In this document: positions 1-12,291 of the stretch, one piece after another
Numbering within the stretch: the stretch's first letter is position 1
Layout: each line of letters begins with the position of its first letter
From: Fimbriosthenelais zetlandica
Taxonomy: Eukaryota
Direction: 5' to 3'
Length of the DNA stretch: 64,000 bases
Assembly (NCBI GenBank): GCA_977030845.1
Contig: OZ365114.1
Span: forward strand, 15,314,001-15,378,000
Notes under the pieces: generated by a model
Database searches by the model: none
Told to the model about the DNA's origin: nothing
Seen by the model: only the letters and a program-made list of their open reading frames with translations
Program-made: the position numbers and the translations under genes

Positions 1-370
1 CTCTATCTACATACATTATACACATACAACAAGAGAGAGGCAATCCAAAAGGTCATCAAGATCAAGCTGGATACGATCATGGCTTACAATCAGGAAGGGC
101 CGACTACTTAATTTTCATTTCGTAATAGGTAAGTAGCAGAAAAAAACAAGATCAGTTGGCTGGAGGGATAGGATTTTGGAGGAAGAAGCATGCCCCCTCA
201 GGGGAATTGGTTGTTAGCGTCAGGTAGGTTTGTATAGAGTGTGGGCCTCATTGCATGGCCTAGTTAACACTTGACAGACCGGGTGGGATAGGTAGATATG
301 GAGTTCTTATGTGTATAGGAGACTAGGGGAGGGGTCCAGACTTGTGGCTGGAACTAATACTAGCCACGTT
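1..370 (+). mobile_element. Possible 3' end of a CR1/L2-type LINE (ORF2 C-terminus plus 3' UTR), truncated by the window edge
   Basis: Frame 1 is open from base 1 to TAA at 109-111 (LYLHTLYTYNKREAIQKVIKIKLDTIMAYNQEGPTT*), loosely like CR1/L2 ORF2 ends (..FK.KLD..M). A repeat-like tail follows and ends in an 8-bp stem-loop (GTGGCTGG 344-351 / CTAGCCAC 360-367). Alternative reading: an exon using the AG|GTAAGT donor near 128. Confidence 0.3.
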
Positions 371-3139
371 GACATTTAGTCAGCTTAGAGTTTATCATCA
401 GCATTAAAAGCTAAACCCTTGGTCATTTGATCTTTTACATTGTTTTTTACATGGCAGGTCAATCTGATTTGAACATTGCCATCATTTTGGAAAATGACAC
501 CGATAATCTCATGTGGAACGATAGATCTTCACACAAAAGTGGTTTTCTCTGCATGATCATCTGTGACAACATTAATGCCATATACATTTACAATAATATT
601 ATTTCAAAGTAAAAAGCCTTCTAGCCTGGCGTCCTTGATCTTTCTATAGGAAAACTTATGTTATATACACATGAAATGAGGGCCCTGCATAACAAGTGCA
701 AGATTTTACATTTTTTGTGTCTGAACAGAAAATTAATTGTTTCAACTTCCTAGGGGGATGTATTTTTTTGAGGATATGAAGACATCTATCACTATAGCTA
801 TGGACGTCAGCTGCTTGAGGCCATCTAGTATGCTCAGGGCCAAAGCTGAAAAATAGTGATGCGACAGACACAAATGTGACAATGCTAATGATTTATCATC
901 ATTGTTGTGGAGCATCCAGTGGGGAGGTCGCCACCTCAATACAGGCCATATGGATAGTAGTGTGGCTCCCGTCTGTCATCTGAGTAACATGTTGAGTACA
1001 CTTGTTTGTATTAATTCTCCAATTTGTGCAGCACGGCTGCATGATGGAAGTCGCCACCTTGTTTAAGGGATAACGAATATATATGTGACACTAATTTTAT
1101 CTTTGTAAGAAAGTAGTATGAGTCACGAGACGTGGACGTATTTATTATAGGAATTATCTGGTATCTATTAAGACTAATCTATCTCAATTACCTACAAGCA
1201 ATCTTGTCATGTCGACTGCCTATACAATTTAATGTACTTAGATTAAGAAGAAAGCTTTTCCCATTGAAAAAGGCACTAGATTTTCTAATTGGGGATATTC
1301 CTGTGTATGTTGAAATTGCTTTTTAATTACCCTTTCAATACTGTTACTTCTCCATGTTACTTTCTTAGGTCATAGTGAGAGACCTTCATTAACCTTTTCA
1401 CCTTTGATGTTCATAATAATGCTTGTTTAACCAGTTGTGAACTATTGGGTCTTTTGGGTGCTGTTCACCGAAGCAAGGTGTAAAAATCATAGGTACACAC
1501 TTATATGCACATATCTAATATGATATTATGTATAATGGTGACTGAAAAGTGGCACTATCCAGGCAATCAGAGGCAATATAGCGTCCCTCGTATGTACAAA
1601 TTTCCTGGACCAACATGTTCATGCATGTAATATCATTTGACAATGCAGTGGTTTTTGAAGCTTGATATACACACAAATTATTATAGGTCTATGATAATAT
1701 ACTGAAGAATATACTGGGAGAATATAAACATAATCACTTCCTTGGAATCCGAAGCCCCTGATAATAGGATATTAGGAGGGTGAATTGGGGAGACTTGGAA
1801 AGCAGCAGTTGAAAGTTTAAATATTGATGGCCAGTCTCGAAACAAATCCTTTAAGACACGGGAAGGAAAGTTTATCTGGCTAACTGTGAACTATTCTCCC
1901 TACCCCTTCCTCACTCGGACATATAATGAAGTGTAACTAATTTATTTGAGGATATTACTTCATGCATGACGATTGTTAGTAATGATTTGGTTCCTGACAA
2001 TGCAAACCTCCTACTGGTTCTAAACGTTTATTGGTCTGCCTTCCAGGCAATTATCTATTATAGTGCTCGTATAATCGTCTGCCTGAGGCTCATGCTAATA
2101 ATTATTATGGCAAATTCCTTTGAAAATATGGTGACATTTTAAAGGTAACCATCGGAATATTACAGCACGGGTAAATTTCATCAGTATAATGAACATGGAC
2201 CTTGATATAGCATTTTTTATACAGAATGCGTACCAATTCCTGCCAGCTAAAGACACGCTATATGCTCAGTATAATATAGAAGGAAACAAAAAAACCTGGA
2301 CAGGAAGTCAGTATAAAAGAGGAATAAATTTGCAGGAGAGTAAGAGCGTGCCAAAGGCTCTACTCCCAATTCGCAAAAACGGTTCAAGTCATGCATTCCC
2401 ACCGCCAAATATCTACCGCTCCCAACCGCTAACTAAAGTGCTTATTTGTATACACATTTTCTGCCAACATGTTCGCGGTAGAGTTTGCATGTAAAGCTAG
2501 CGGTATAGTTTGCGGTATTGATCAAAGACATGTTCGCGGTATATGATGCACTGTTGGCTTTCCAAGCTAGGAAAAGCTTAGAAAAGCTTGGGCGGTCAAG
2601 CGTGAAGCGCAAACACCAGCGCGAGTGGTCACTGCAGTATTGTTTGCAGTTCATAGGCGATGGGAGGGAATCCTTATTGACGTCATTCGACTAATTATAG
2701 ACGTAAATTAGGTCACATACATGGTAAGGGTATACCCCATAAGCACCAGATCTATTTTTAGATTCCCGATCTATTTTTACTGTTCTAAATTTAGTTCTAA
2801 ATGTAGGCTCCTGCTCTTCTTTGCTCACTAAAAATTGAAGAAAGAGGGACAATGAGTTGTTAAGAACACATTTTATTAGCTATACATAACAAATCAGTTT
2901 ATAATACAAACATACCAGTAAAAATAATAACAGTCAGTATCATTTAGTATCAATAGACAATAATTATTAACTCAGTCCCATTGATTGAAATTATAACATG
3001 CTCATCAATAATTCATCTCGTGGCGGCCCCAGTAAACAGACGAAAAATAGGCGACCTCAAATAAGGTACTTTTTTGTAGAATACAATTTTACAAAAGATT
3101 AGGCCTACATTTCCAGGGTTCCAGTAAGCCCTAAAAAGG

Positions 3140-3300
3140 CGGGAGAGGAGGGAAGCTTGGGGTAGTGAGTTGTAGGTAGAGACAGAGGCGGGTGGGGAGA
3201 GAAGGGGTGGGTTGGCGGGATGGGCGGGAGAAACAGGGGTGATACTGAGGAGCGGATATCAGAGACGAGGAGAGGAAGGACTGGGGAAAGGAGGAGAGGA
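3140..3300 (+). repeat. Purine/G-rich low-complexity tract with G-quadruplex motif
   Basis: GGG-T-GGGG-AGAGAA-GGGG-T-GGG-TTGGC-GGG-AT-GGG-C-GGG at 3190-3228 within a GA-rich stretch. Confidence 0.8.
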
Positions 3301-3759
3301 AGATAAATCCATTAAAAAATACCTTTGTTTGGGGTAACATGTTTTTTTAGCCGTAGGTCAGCACTAACTTTTTTTTTGTTTTTTTACGATTATATTCTGG
3401 AAAATCATGTGTCGGCTGAATTAAAGTTTTTTTTAAAAAATATTTTCATTTTCATTTCAAGTCAGTTTTTAGTCATACAACCTGTAGTTGAGTATGTCAT
3501 GTAATATTTACTTTTTTGTCATGAAACAGTTCTATCCGATCATACCTATGTGTAATGGCTTTTTTGTTTCTTAAACCCCAGCTGGTGGAGGGAAATCTTC
3601 TCCCGATTAGACAAAAAAATATACCATGTTTGTTTTGTTTCGGATTCACATAAAATGTAAGGAAAGCGGAGATCTCAATTATTAAGAATATTCGGGCCTC
3701 TAGAATTTTGTTTTTGTCAAAAAAAACTAATAAAATCCCTAAATCGGCAGGGTGGAAAG

Positions 3760-3962
3760 CAAGTGGGAGGGTAGAGGGAGAAGAGAGGAGAGGAAGATAA
3801 TGAGCAGGGAGGGGAGACGGAAGAAAGAGGGAGGGGAGGGGGAATGAGGAGGGAGATGAGATCAGGAAGAGACAAAGGGGGATAGATCAGGGAAGGCAGG
3901 GGTCCGAAAAGGAAGGGAAAGTTAATGGAGGGGGTGGGGGAGAATGAGCGCGGATGGGGAGG
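3760..3962 (+). repeat. Purine-rich (GA/GGA) low-complexity tract
   Basis: Nearly pyrimidine-free run of GGAG/GAGG/GGGG words. Confidence 0.8.
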
Positions 3963-4059
3963 AATTGTTTTAGTTTAGGTTTTCAGTTGAACATATAACA
4001 ATATGTTTACACACAAATTAATACACAATGCTTAATACACAAAATGGTGTGTTTTGTTG

Positions 4060-5290
4060 TTAGATTGGGAAGTCTTGAGTGTTGAATACTTTTCTCGGGA
4101 ATATAGGCGATGTCTCTTGGGAGATGGTAAGTAAAGATGTCGGTGGATGGGGAGGTGATATGTTGCAGGTTGAAGTTACTATTCACCAGTAGATGTCCAC
4201 TAGTTGTGGTCCTGAGATGTTGTTAATTAGTTCTCGATCGGAATAATAAATGTCTGAAAGTAAAATTTATAAAGGTGAGAACTGACATCACGTTTAAGAA
4301 TATCATGTTCACACTCATCGTATAGGGTAGATGGAGTATCCACCTAGTCAGAGTACGGAGTCAGGGCTGGTTAAGATTTCTGAGAATTACTTCATTGACA
4401 AGAATTACTAGATCAGCAGTCAAATCTACATTATTATTAATACTTAACTCTTGGGTTGCGTGACGTCATTGAGTGCATAAAGTCTGCCCCAGTCCTTCTA
4501 GTTTGCGAAGAGAATTAATTATGTGGCCTACTGCAGTGGTTAACCTGAAAAAGCAAATATAATTATTAAATATTATTAAACCATTTTTTTTAATGAAAAT
4601 GCGTTTGGGAAATTACCTTGCCTGGAGCTTTCATAAATACGATTGTTTTCTTAGTATGTGTTTGGCGGGGGCGCGAGCGGTGTTAGCATTGGTGACAAGA
4701 TGGTGGACACCTGTCCAGGTGAGGTGTTAAAAATAAGCTACGGTCGAGTGGGTCTCTAATTAGGGCAACCTCCATGTTCCCGGCCTGTAGCTGACCTGAT
4801 GCGAGGAAGAATAATAATCATGTAATGGTCTATGGCAGTATGGGATTATCCCCAGGTTTATGGGATTATACCCAAAATAATGTTGCATTCAAAGGCGTGC
4901 ACTGTGGTTGCGCCCATATCCTCCGACATGTTAGTATTGTTACCAACACTGTGACAGTGAATGAATATTATTTTTATTGCCTACAGGTAGGCTTAGGCCT
5001 ACGTCCGCCATCTTTGATTATATTCCCGATGATTGTGCATGACAAAAATGTTTCCATTACTACGTTGTCTTTGCACAATTTGACACGAAATATGATACAC
5101 AGTATTCTTGAACACCTCGACTATAGTGAAGTATTATAATTCGAGGTGCATTGAGTAAAAGCGTGAAGAAAAATCAAGAAACATAAGATCATGAAATTAC
5201 CTACCGTGTTTGAATTGGAGACAAGATGGTGGACAGCGGAAGTGGGGCCTCTCTTGATGCTACCGGTAGCCTATCCCAAAAAGCTTAGCT
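4060..5290 (-). pseudogene. Multi-exon, ORF-less (decayed or non-coding) transcription unit inside the transposon
   Basis: Canonical minus-strand splice sites: donor AG|GTAATT after 5201; exon 4795-4617 (acceptor TTCTTCCTCGCATCAG, donor AG|GTAATT); 72-nt intron; exon 4544-4344 (acceptor TTTCAG, donor AG|GTGGAT); 90-nt intron with TTCTCAC branch-like site and TTTTACTTTCAG acceptor; next exon from 4253. Every frame I tried across the junctions contains stops. Confidence 0.5.
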
Positions 5291-8200
5291 GTTCAATTGG
5301 AGGGGGAGTTGTGAACGAATAGCGGGGTAGGCTTGGGCAAACTGCCTTGAGACTACTTAGTCTATAAGATTTCACACTATTCATGTGAATGGAAAAAGTC
5401 ACCTCACAAGGTGTGAACAATTATCTATGGTTCGGTTGCAGCTTTATGGTTTAGCTGTGGCGAAATTCCATTTCTAAATTCATATAAATTAGTAGGCTAA
5501 TATTGCCATTTTTGCGTTAATCATTGATTAAATGGACGTCCCCAAAATGATGAATATTGACCTCTGTAAATGAAAATTTTCTGTGTCTAAAAGAAACTCA
5601 GTGTCTAAAAATATTTTGGGTCCTTTAGCCATCGTGGCTAAAGAAAAAAAACCTTAGATCTAGTCCGGTGTTACCATATTTTAACTCGTAAGATATAATA
5701 AATTACGGTCATTTCCAGTCATAATTATATATCACACATCTTTAGACATATCGGAGCAAATATGTATATAAGTTTAGACATGGACCCACGTAAGATATCG
5801 CGACGGAAATTCTTTGTATTATTCAACATTAAATTTGATTTATAGTATAGGGCTACTTATAGTAAAAACATAGCGCATATTTCACCGCTACCAATTTCGC
5901 AGTGCAAACCTATTATTACATAATCCCGCTATGAACATGAGCGCAAACTTATAGCGAACATTAGTGCTCAGCTTTATGCGGTAAAGTATGCGGATATACT
6001 AAAAATTAAAGTCCGTGATATAATTCTATTGATAAATTTAAGATCTGTGAAGCATAGACTACATTGTGTTTAACCAACTTTTTCGAAATTTCGTAGGAAA
6101 ATTAAATTTAAATTAAATGATGTTAATATTAAAATAAATGTTTTCTCATGAACACTTCAAAGGGGAAGGGCGGCAAGCTTTTGCCTTGAGCGCGAACAAG
6201 TTCACAGTTAAGCACGCAAATGAGCAAAATGTCCCAAAAATTATAATATAATAATAATTTCTACTACATCATGGTCAGTCCTGGAAGTTATAATTATACT
6301 CTTCAATTCCTGTGAAGTTATTTCGTTCATTATATATTCTTACATATATATCATAGGTTTTTGTATTATACGCGAACATAACCGCTAAACAGATTGCACT
6401 AATGTAAAGCATACTACATAGCAAACCCCATCGCACAACCGACAGAAAGCTTAAGTTCAATAGAATGAAGCGGTAGTGTTCGCGGTAGGTCTGAGCCTCC
6501 TCTAAAAATTTGTGCGAATCGGGCTAGCTATACTGCATACAATTAAACCGAGAGTCTGCAATAAGTTGAAAAAACACATAATCATGCGAAATCTGTTATT
6601 AGTATAGCCCACCTAAATTAACTGCTGCCAATGAATAGACGTACTCTAATACGCTTGTGTAGAACAGCTATCCACATGGGAAATATGATCGTAGATGTCG
6701 TATTCGTAAAAGGGAAAAATCATAAGTAGGTTCTTCAAACACACAGAACCACAAGAATAAGATGTGGAAAAACTAGCCGAGCCTTTTGGTGGCCTTACTC
6801 TATTTGTTCAACAGGTGTATTTACCGGCATGCTCTCTCCTACACATACATGTATTCAAGCAAGAGACTGGTGACTCATCTGACAGACTCAACTCCAAGGG
6901 GGGCACTTTATTACTTAACATTAAATTATTATATTATAGGGATAGAAAGGAAAAATACATGTATAAACCTACTGAATTGAAAATAGATGTTATTTTATCT
7001 AATTAACCAGAATTCGGTTGGGGTTGGGGTGGTCTAATCCTTCCAAATAGCTTCCAAAAAGAGCCATAAACAAACTTTTAATAAGAAGGTTTACCCACTC
7101 CTTCCAGATGCGGACATGTCACCTCTTGTCCTTAGATGGAAATGTGAGTTTAGTTCATCCTGTGCAGTCTTTCATAGTCGCTTAATTCCATCGTCACGAC
7201 CCAGGTACTGGCCCGGCAAAAAATAGCAGGCCCTATGACGATTTGGAATGATTTACGACTGATTTGATTCCATAGAAGGATCTGGGTTTGAAATGTAATC
7301 AAATTTTTGTGTTCTCAATCAGGCAACATGTCGTCTGTAAATAGGAAGTTAGAGAGCATTGGACTGTGTGAATAGTTAAAATGTCAGTATCAGTGAGCTC
7401 ACTCAGTTATAGATAGAAATGGGCTGGGAATATGCCCACTGGTAGAAAATTCTAGTATTCAAGTATGGCACATAATGATGCTTTTCAAACAAGATATATT
7501 ACACAATTGGCAGAATGATAATTGGGCCACATAATTATAATTATGATAAATCACCAATTTCAATAAACCTACTTGATAACACTAGATACAAATTGGGAAT
7601 ATACATTTTAAATGGTGAATAATAATCTATTGCAGTTGATTTTAGAACAATGTAAAAGTGTAAAAGACTCTGCATGATATTCCACTTTATGTACATCCTA
7701 AATCTGTCGGATATACTGGATTTGTATGCAATACTTGTATTCATGCAGAGCGCTTAAATAATGGAGTGCAAATATTGGTAAAATTTTGGACAAGAAATCT
7801 GTGAATTTGAGAGTTTAACAAAACACTAGTAAAATAGAAATTTGTCCTGCCTGAGTGACATGGTAATGTGCTATGACAGGCTATGCTAACTATATAGCAG
7901 ACAAGCGTCAATATCCACATCTAATTCAAATGCACGGTACATTTGATAGGATAAAATCTTTAGATCATGAATATAATTATTGCAATAACATATAATTTGA
8001 GTGAACATTCTTCAATATGTAAGCCCATGGAACTAGATCGCCATATGAATAAATCTATGCTCAAATGGTCTATAATACCATCATGAGATAGGCCTTTTTG
8101 CACCAATAATGAATGCGTGAGAGTGGCCAGTGATGTTAACTTTTATGTTAGAAGCGTAATGAGAGAGAACATACACAGGAGGCACCAAGTTCACCTGTGT

Positions 8201-9092
8201 TTGCATTGTGTGAGAGGACCCATCCCTGGTGGTTTAGATAGCGGGGTGTTTGAAGCTGGCATATTATATAGTACACTCTTCATTTCATATTCGTCGAGTA
8301 TTCATGCATGGCATACCCAGTGGTATGCTTCCAAAATTCCTCTCTCACATAGAAGTATAGATTTTAGGTCATTACCCAGTTTATTTCCGGTTGATCCCAT
8401 TTTCAAAATATCTCGCATTACGTGGTACTAAAACAACCAGAAGCCTTTTACGCTTGAATATACTTTCTTATAAACATTGGTTCGATTTCTAGTTCCCAGT
8501 TTTCTATTTTTTTTTCTTGATTATGCAGAATCTGATGGATTTTCCATCTGCAGATCAACTAGAAGGACTCGAGAAATTTGTCTTCCTTTGTATACGTCTA
8601 ATATTATATTTCATGTGATACTTCAGATCATTATTGTCGATCGACTGTCGACCATAATAAACCATTTTTCAAAATAGAATGGAAAACAGTTTACAGGAGT
8701 CAATGTTTCAACTAATATTACTAGTATTGACTGCACTTAGAATACCAGATCAGGAATTATAAATAGAGACGACCCTGTTGCATGCAGGTGAGTTATTCCA
8801 ATGATACCACAATGCCAACCCCTGGGAAAAAAATAGGCTGCCATGACAACCACTCAATCATTGATTTATTGAACAAAAGTAGACGCATCAGTTGATATGC
8901 AATGCCTTTGTTTGTATTGCTGATATTAGTCGTAAAGTCCCTGATGCAATATTCGAGGCTAAAATTGCGTTTAGCATTTCATTTATTCCTTTGATATTGA
9001 TTATGCAAACATTAACTTAAAGTTATAATACCATTTTTTCTCATCTACACATGAGGTGTTGCGAGATTCCACGAATCACGATATAAAAATCC

Positions 9093-9163
9093 ACAGAAAT
9101 GTTGATGTCCTCTCATTTGCAGTAAGTTTGTTACTGCAAATGAGAGGACATCAACATTTCTGT
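9093..9163. repeat. Perfect inverted repeat / hairpin (33-bp arms, 5-nt loop)
   Basis: ACAGAAATGTTGATGTCCTCTCATTTGCAGTAA (9093-9125), loop GTTTG (9126-9130), exact reverse complement TTACTGCAAATGAGAGGACATCAACATTTCTGT (9131-9163). Confidence 0.96.
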
Positions 9164-10565
9164 TGTTCGTTATGTGACATAGATGATACACTTCGTATTT
9201 CCATAACATTGCCCAACCATTAGGCCTACCCTTTCATGCTTCGTTTGACTTTTGACGTAATTAGTGTGACAAAACACTTGCACTTGTATATTCAAGCGAT
9301 CAAATGGAATTAAATCATCCCTGGATATTTTTCATGACTTATTTCAACAATACTTAATTTGTTACATAATAAGGGGAGATTTATTTTAAAAGACATGTGA
9401 CACATTTCTTGCGATAAAATTACTTGAATACAATAATTATTCCCTGACATTTTTTTCTTTTTAAACTGGAGATATCGCTTTTCTTTCCATTGGCCATTCT
9501 AAAGATCATTTCTATCAGGAGGAAACGCATCCCTGAACCAGAAATCACAATATAGGCTATATCCATGGTGCCATACCTAGCATCAACATTCATGTCCTGA
9601 ACATTACCCACACGCATATATGCCACGTCTCTAAAAGTCACTCTAAATTTAAAAAACCTTTCGTCATACTTTTTCATCTACTTTTCCTGACCAAAATGAC
9701 AAAAGTCAATACTCTCAGGACATGTTTAGTCTGAATATTGTGGGAGTATAAGTACATAAGACAGCATGTCATTCATAACGTGTAAACAATGAACGAGCCC
9801 AGTGCCAACATCCACCGACAAATTCTCCCATTTAGAGTACATAGATGCCTTCCTCCACGTGTCATCCATGTAAAAGTATGGCAATAATAATTTCCTGTTC
9901 ATTTTAACACGGAAAACTGATGTGGTGATATATTATATACCCGTGCTTGTCAGGTCACAAGCAACCATGCAAAGAAGGCATTAAGACTATAATTTAGTTC
10001 AACCAGTTTGGTGACATCCTGACACACTTTCCTCTATCAAACTCAAATCTGAACCAAAAAAATATAACCACGAACACGATTTTTCATTTCAAAAGTATTA
10101 ATGATACAAAAGATGGGTAAACATGACTCTGGAAATGTCCTACTGTTTATGGCGTGGAAGGATAGTAAACGTTGACGCCCTGCAATTTGCACCAATGATA
10201 AGCAGTCAAATAGAACGTGTAAAATGGGTCTTGACCCACTAGTTGAAACTGCGTGACCCCAGCTAGAAAACTTGGTGGAGACCTATTGGAACGCAGTTCA
10301 TCTATGGTAATATTTAATAGGGTTTCATAAGTATTTTGATAGGGAAATATTCTCTTCATGGGAAGTAATTTAAAAGTTGTTTTTCTCAAAATCAATTTAA
10401 GATTTCTTACGTTGCCCATGAAGAGTGGACATTTTTCATGTAACAAGCTATAAACCACCAAGGGCTGAATTAACCCATGTCAAGAATTAGTGGAGTATTC
10501 CCTTCTAGGTCACTCCCAGCAGAAGAGTTGACAAACTTGAGAATGGTCAGAATCTATGTTAAACC

Positions 10566-10573
10566 TATATAAA
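10566..10573 (+). promoter_or_regulatory. TATA box of the arrestin-domain gene
   Basis: TATATAAA (context ACCTATATAAA), with a second TATA-like TTATATAGAA at 10581-10590, about 550 nt upstream of the ATG and just before a candidate 5'-UTR exon. Confidence 0.6.
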
Positions 10574-10759
10574 CACCCTCTTATATAGAAGGCGGTCCAG
10601 CGACCAGCCACCGTGACAAGAAGCTCAGAGAACTTTCTACGGGACCCTTGTGTCCCTGCCAACAGTGGTGCTCTGATTTGGTGCTATTTTATTGTTGGAA
10701 ATTACTGTTGTGCTACAACAAATTCATAGTTTGCACCATACAACCTTATAGACATATTT

Positions 10760-10955
10760 GTAAGATATAAACCATTGTATTCCTGCTTTCATGATAAAAT
10801 ACTCTTGCCAATTTTGTACGTAACCAGAACCGGTTCTTCTTATAGTTCTAAATGGCTTTTGGTCTTCTACTTACATCAATCTACATAATTATGAACAAAC
10901 AATGCTTGATCCTTGATTTGTATATCCTCTAATTCATTAATATTATTCCTTTCAG
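10760..10955 (+). other. Probable 5'-UTR intron of the arrestin-domain gene
   Basis: Donor TTT|GTAAGA at 10760. Acceptor TTATTCCTTTCAG ends at 10955, with upstream CTAAT/TTAAT branch-like words. Length 196 nt. Confidence 0.55.
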
Positions 10956-11115
10956 TAACCTGTCTCGAGAAGAAAATATCCACGAGACCATATCGAAGCC
11001 ACTGCATCATCCAAGCCACTGAGACCTCTCAAGAGTCCGATAAACAACTGTCATCACTTGCAAACACCCTGACCCTTGTCTCACTCCAAGTGAGTGACAC
11101 CTCTTGACCTGCATT

Positions 11116-12291
11116 ATGGGTACAGTAGAGAAATTTGAGATAAACTTGGAGCATGACATAGATGAACAGTATCAATATGAACCTGGGGAAATGATACGGG
11201 GTCATGTGCTGTTGGGCCTTACTGAACCCATCAAGGTGAAAGCCATCATGATTCAGATCAAAGGTGAGTCCACAGTGTCCTGGGAGGACGAAACTGGCAG
11301 GAATCCCCCATATAGGGCTGACGAGACCTATATCGATGTCACTCAGAGTCTCCTGGAGTCCACTGGTGATGCCATTGAGCTTGGCAGAGGTGACCATCGC
11401 TTTGTCATTGAGTACATATTGCCTGTCAACCTACCATCGTCTTTCATTGGCAAATTTGGTAGCATCACGTATGTCGTGAAGGCCACCTTGAGGGAGGCTA
11501 AAAAATTTGGACTGAACACCATGATCACTTCTGAGCCCTTCCTGGTCTTGAGAAGACTTGATCTGTCCAAAGAGCCCACTTTAGGTCAACAACAAATTGT
11601 CAATGCTGACAAGAGAATGTGGGGTGCTCTGGCTTTTTGCCTGTCAGGTAAAGTGTCGGCTAAATTAACAGTGAATAAAACAGGTCACCTGCCGGGTGAG
11701 GACATCTTTATGGATGCTGAGATTACAAATAGCAGTCCGAGGATTGTGAAAGCGGTGCAGGCAGCCATAGTGATGCACAGTACTTTCCATGCGAGGCACA
11801 AATCTCGCTACAATACACAGATCGTCAACAAAAAGCGTGATGAGTGGGAAATGTCTTATGGTGAAGGTCGCCGATGGAAGAACGTGCGACTGACCATCCC
11901 ACCATACATTCCAGAGTCCAGGCTTGATGGCTGTGACATCATAGACATCCGATACGAGCTGACCTTCAGGATCGAGGTGTCAGGGGGAGGTGAGATCAAG
12001 ATGAACATCCCAATCACTGTGGGTACAATGCAGGGTGAACCCGACAACATGCGTAAGATCTACAATCAACCTCATGATCGACCCAAGTCCATGATTGAAA
12101 ATCTCGGGACGACTGAGTTCAATGGAGATGCAGATGAGGATGAAGACCCTGAATATATGGCACATGTGACTCGGGAGCTTGGTCACTTAGATGAGGATGA
12201 CTTAGATCAGTACACAGATGATAACTTCCGACGACCACTCAGCAATGGAGAGATTCGTCCCAATCCAGTATTCAGAAATATGAATGATTAA
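11116..12291 (+). CDS. Alpha-arrestin (arrestin domain-containing protein, ARRDC/TXNIP family), 391 aa, single coding exon
   Basis: Track ORF 11104-12291; first ATG at 11116. Arrestin_N signature (YEPGEMIRGHV...IKGESTVSW...ETYID...GDHRF..Y.LP.NLPSSFIGKFGSITYVVKATL). Arrestin_C signature (KVSAKLTVNKTGHLPGEDI...EITNSS...LTIPPYIPESRLDGCDIIDIRYEL...IPITVGT). Acidic tail. The specific orthologue cannot be assigned by eye. Confidence 0.95.
   Translation: MGTVEKFEINLEHDIDEQYQYEPGEMIRGHVLLGLTEPIKVKAIMIQIKGESTVSWEDETGRNPPYRADETYIDVTQSLLESTGDAIELGRGDHRFVIEYILPVNLPSSFIGKFGSITYVVKATLREAKKFGLNTMITSEPFLVLRRLDLSKEPTLGQQQIVNADKRMWGALAFCLSGKVSAKLTVNKTGHLPGEDIFMDAEITNSSPRIVKAVQAAIVMHSTFHARHKSRYNTQIVNKKRDEWEMSYGEGRRWKNVRLTIPPYIPESRLDGCDIIDIRYELTFRIEVSGGGEIKMNIPITVGTMQGEPDNMRKIYNQPHDRPKSMIENLGTTEFNGDADEDEDPEYMAHVTRELGHLDEDDLDQYTDDNFRRPLSNGEIRPNPVFRNMND

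Larger units (their letters stand above)
2365..6523. mobile_element. Non-autonomous CMC/EnSpm(CACTA)-type DNA transposon, 4159 bp
   Basis: Terminal inverted repeats CCCAATTCGCAAAAA (2365-2379) and TTTGTGCGAATCGGG (6509-6523; reverse complement CCCGATTCGCACAAA, 13/15 match). A 2-bp direct repeat CT flanks it (2363-2364, 6524-6525). Subterminal short repeats are dense at both ends (GTTCGCGGTA at 2471, 2532, 6478; many ACCGC/GCGGT and GCGAAC words in 2400-2545 and 5880-6490). CCC termini, a 2-bp TSD and subterminal repeats fit animal EnSpm/CMC elements. No transposase ORF was found. Confidence 0.72.
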
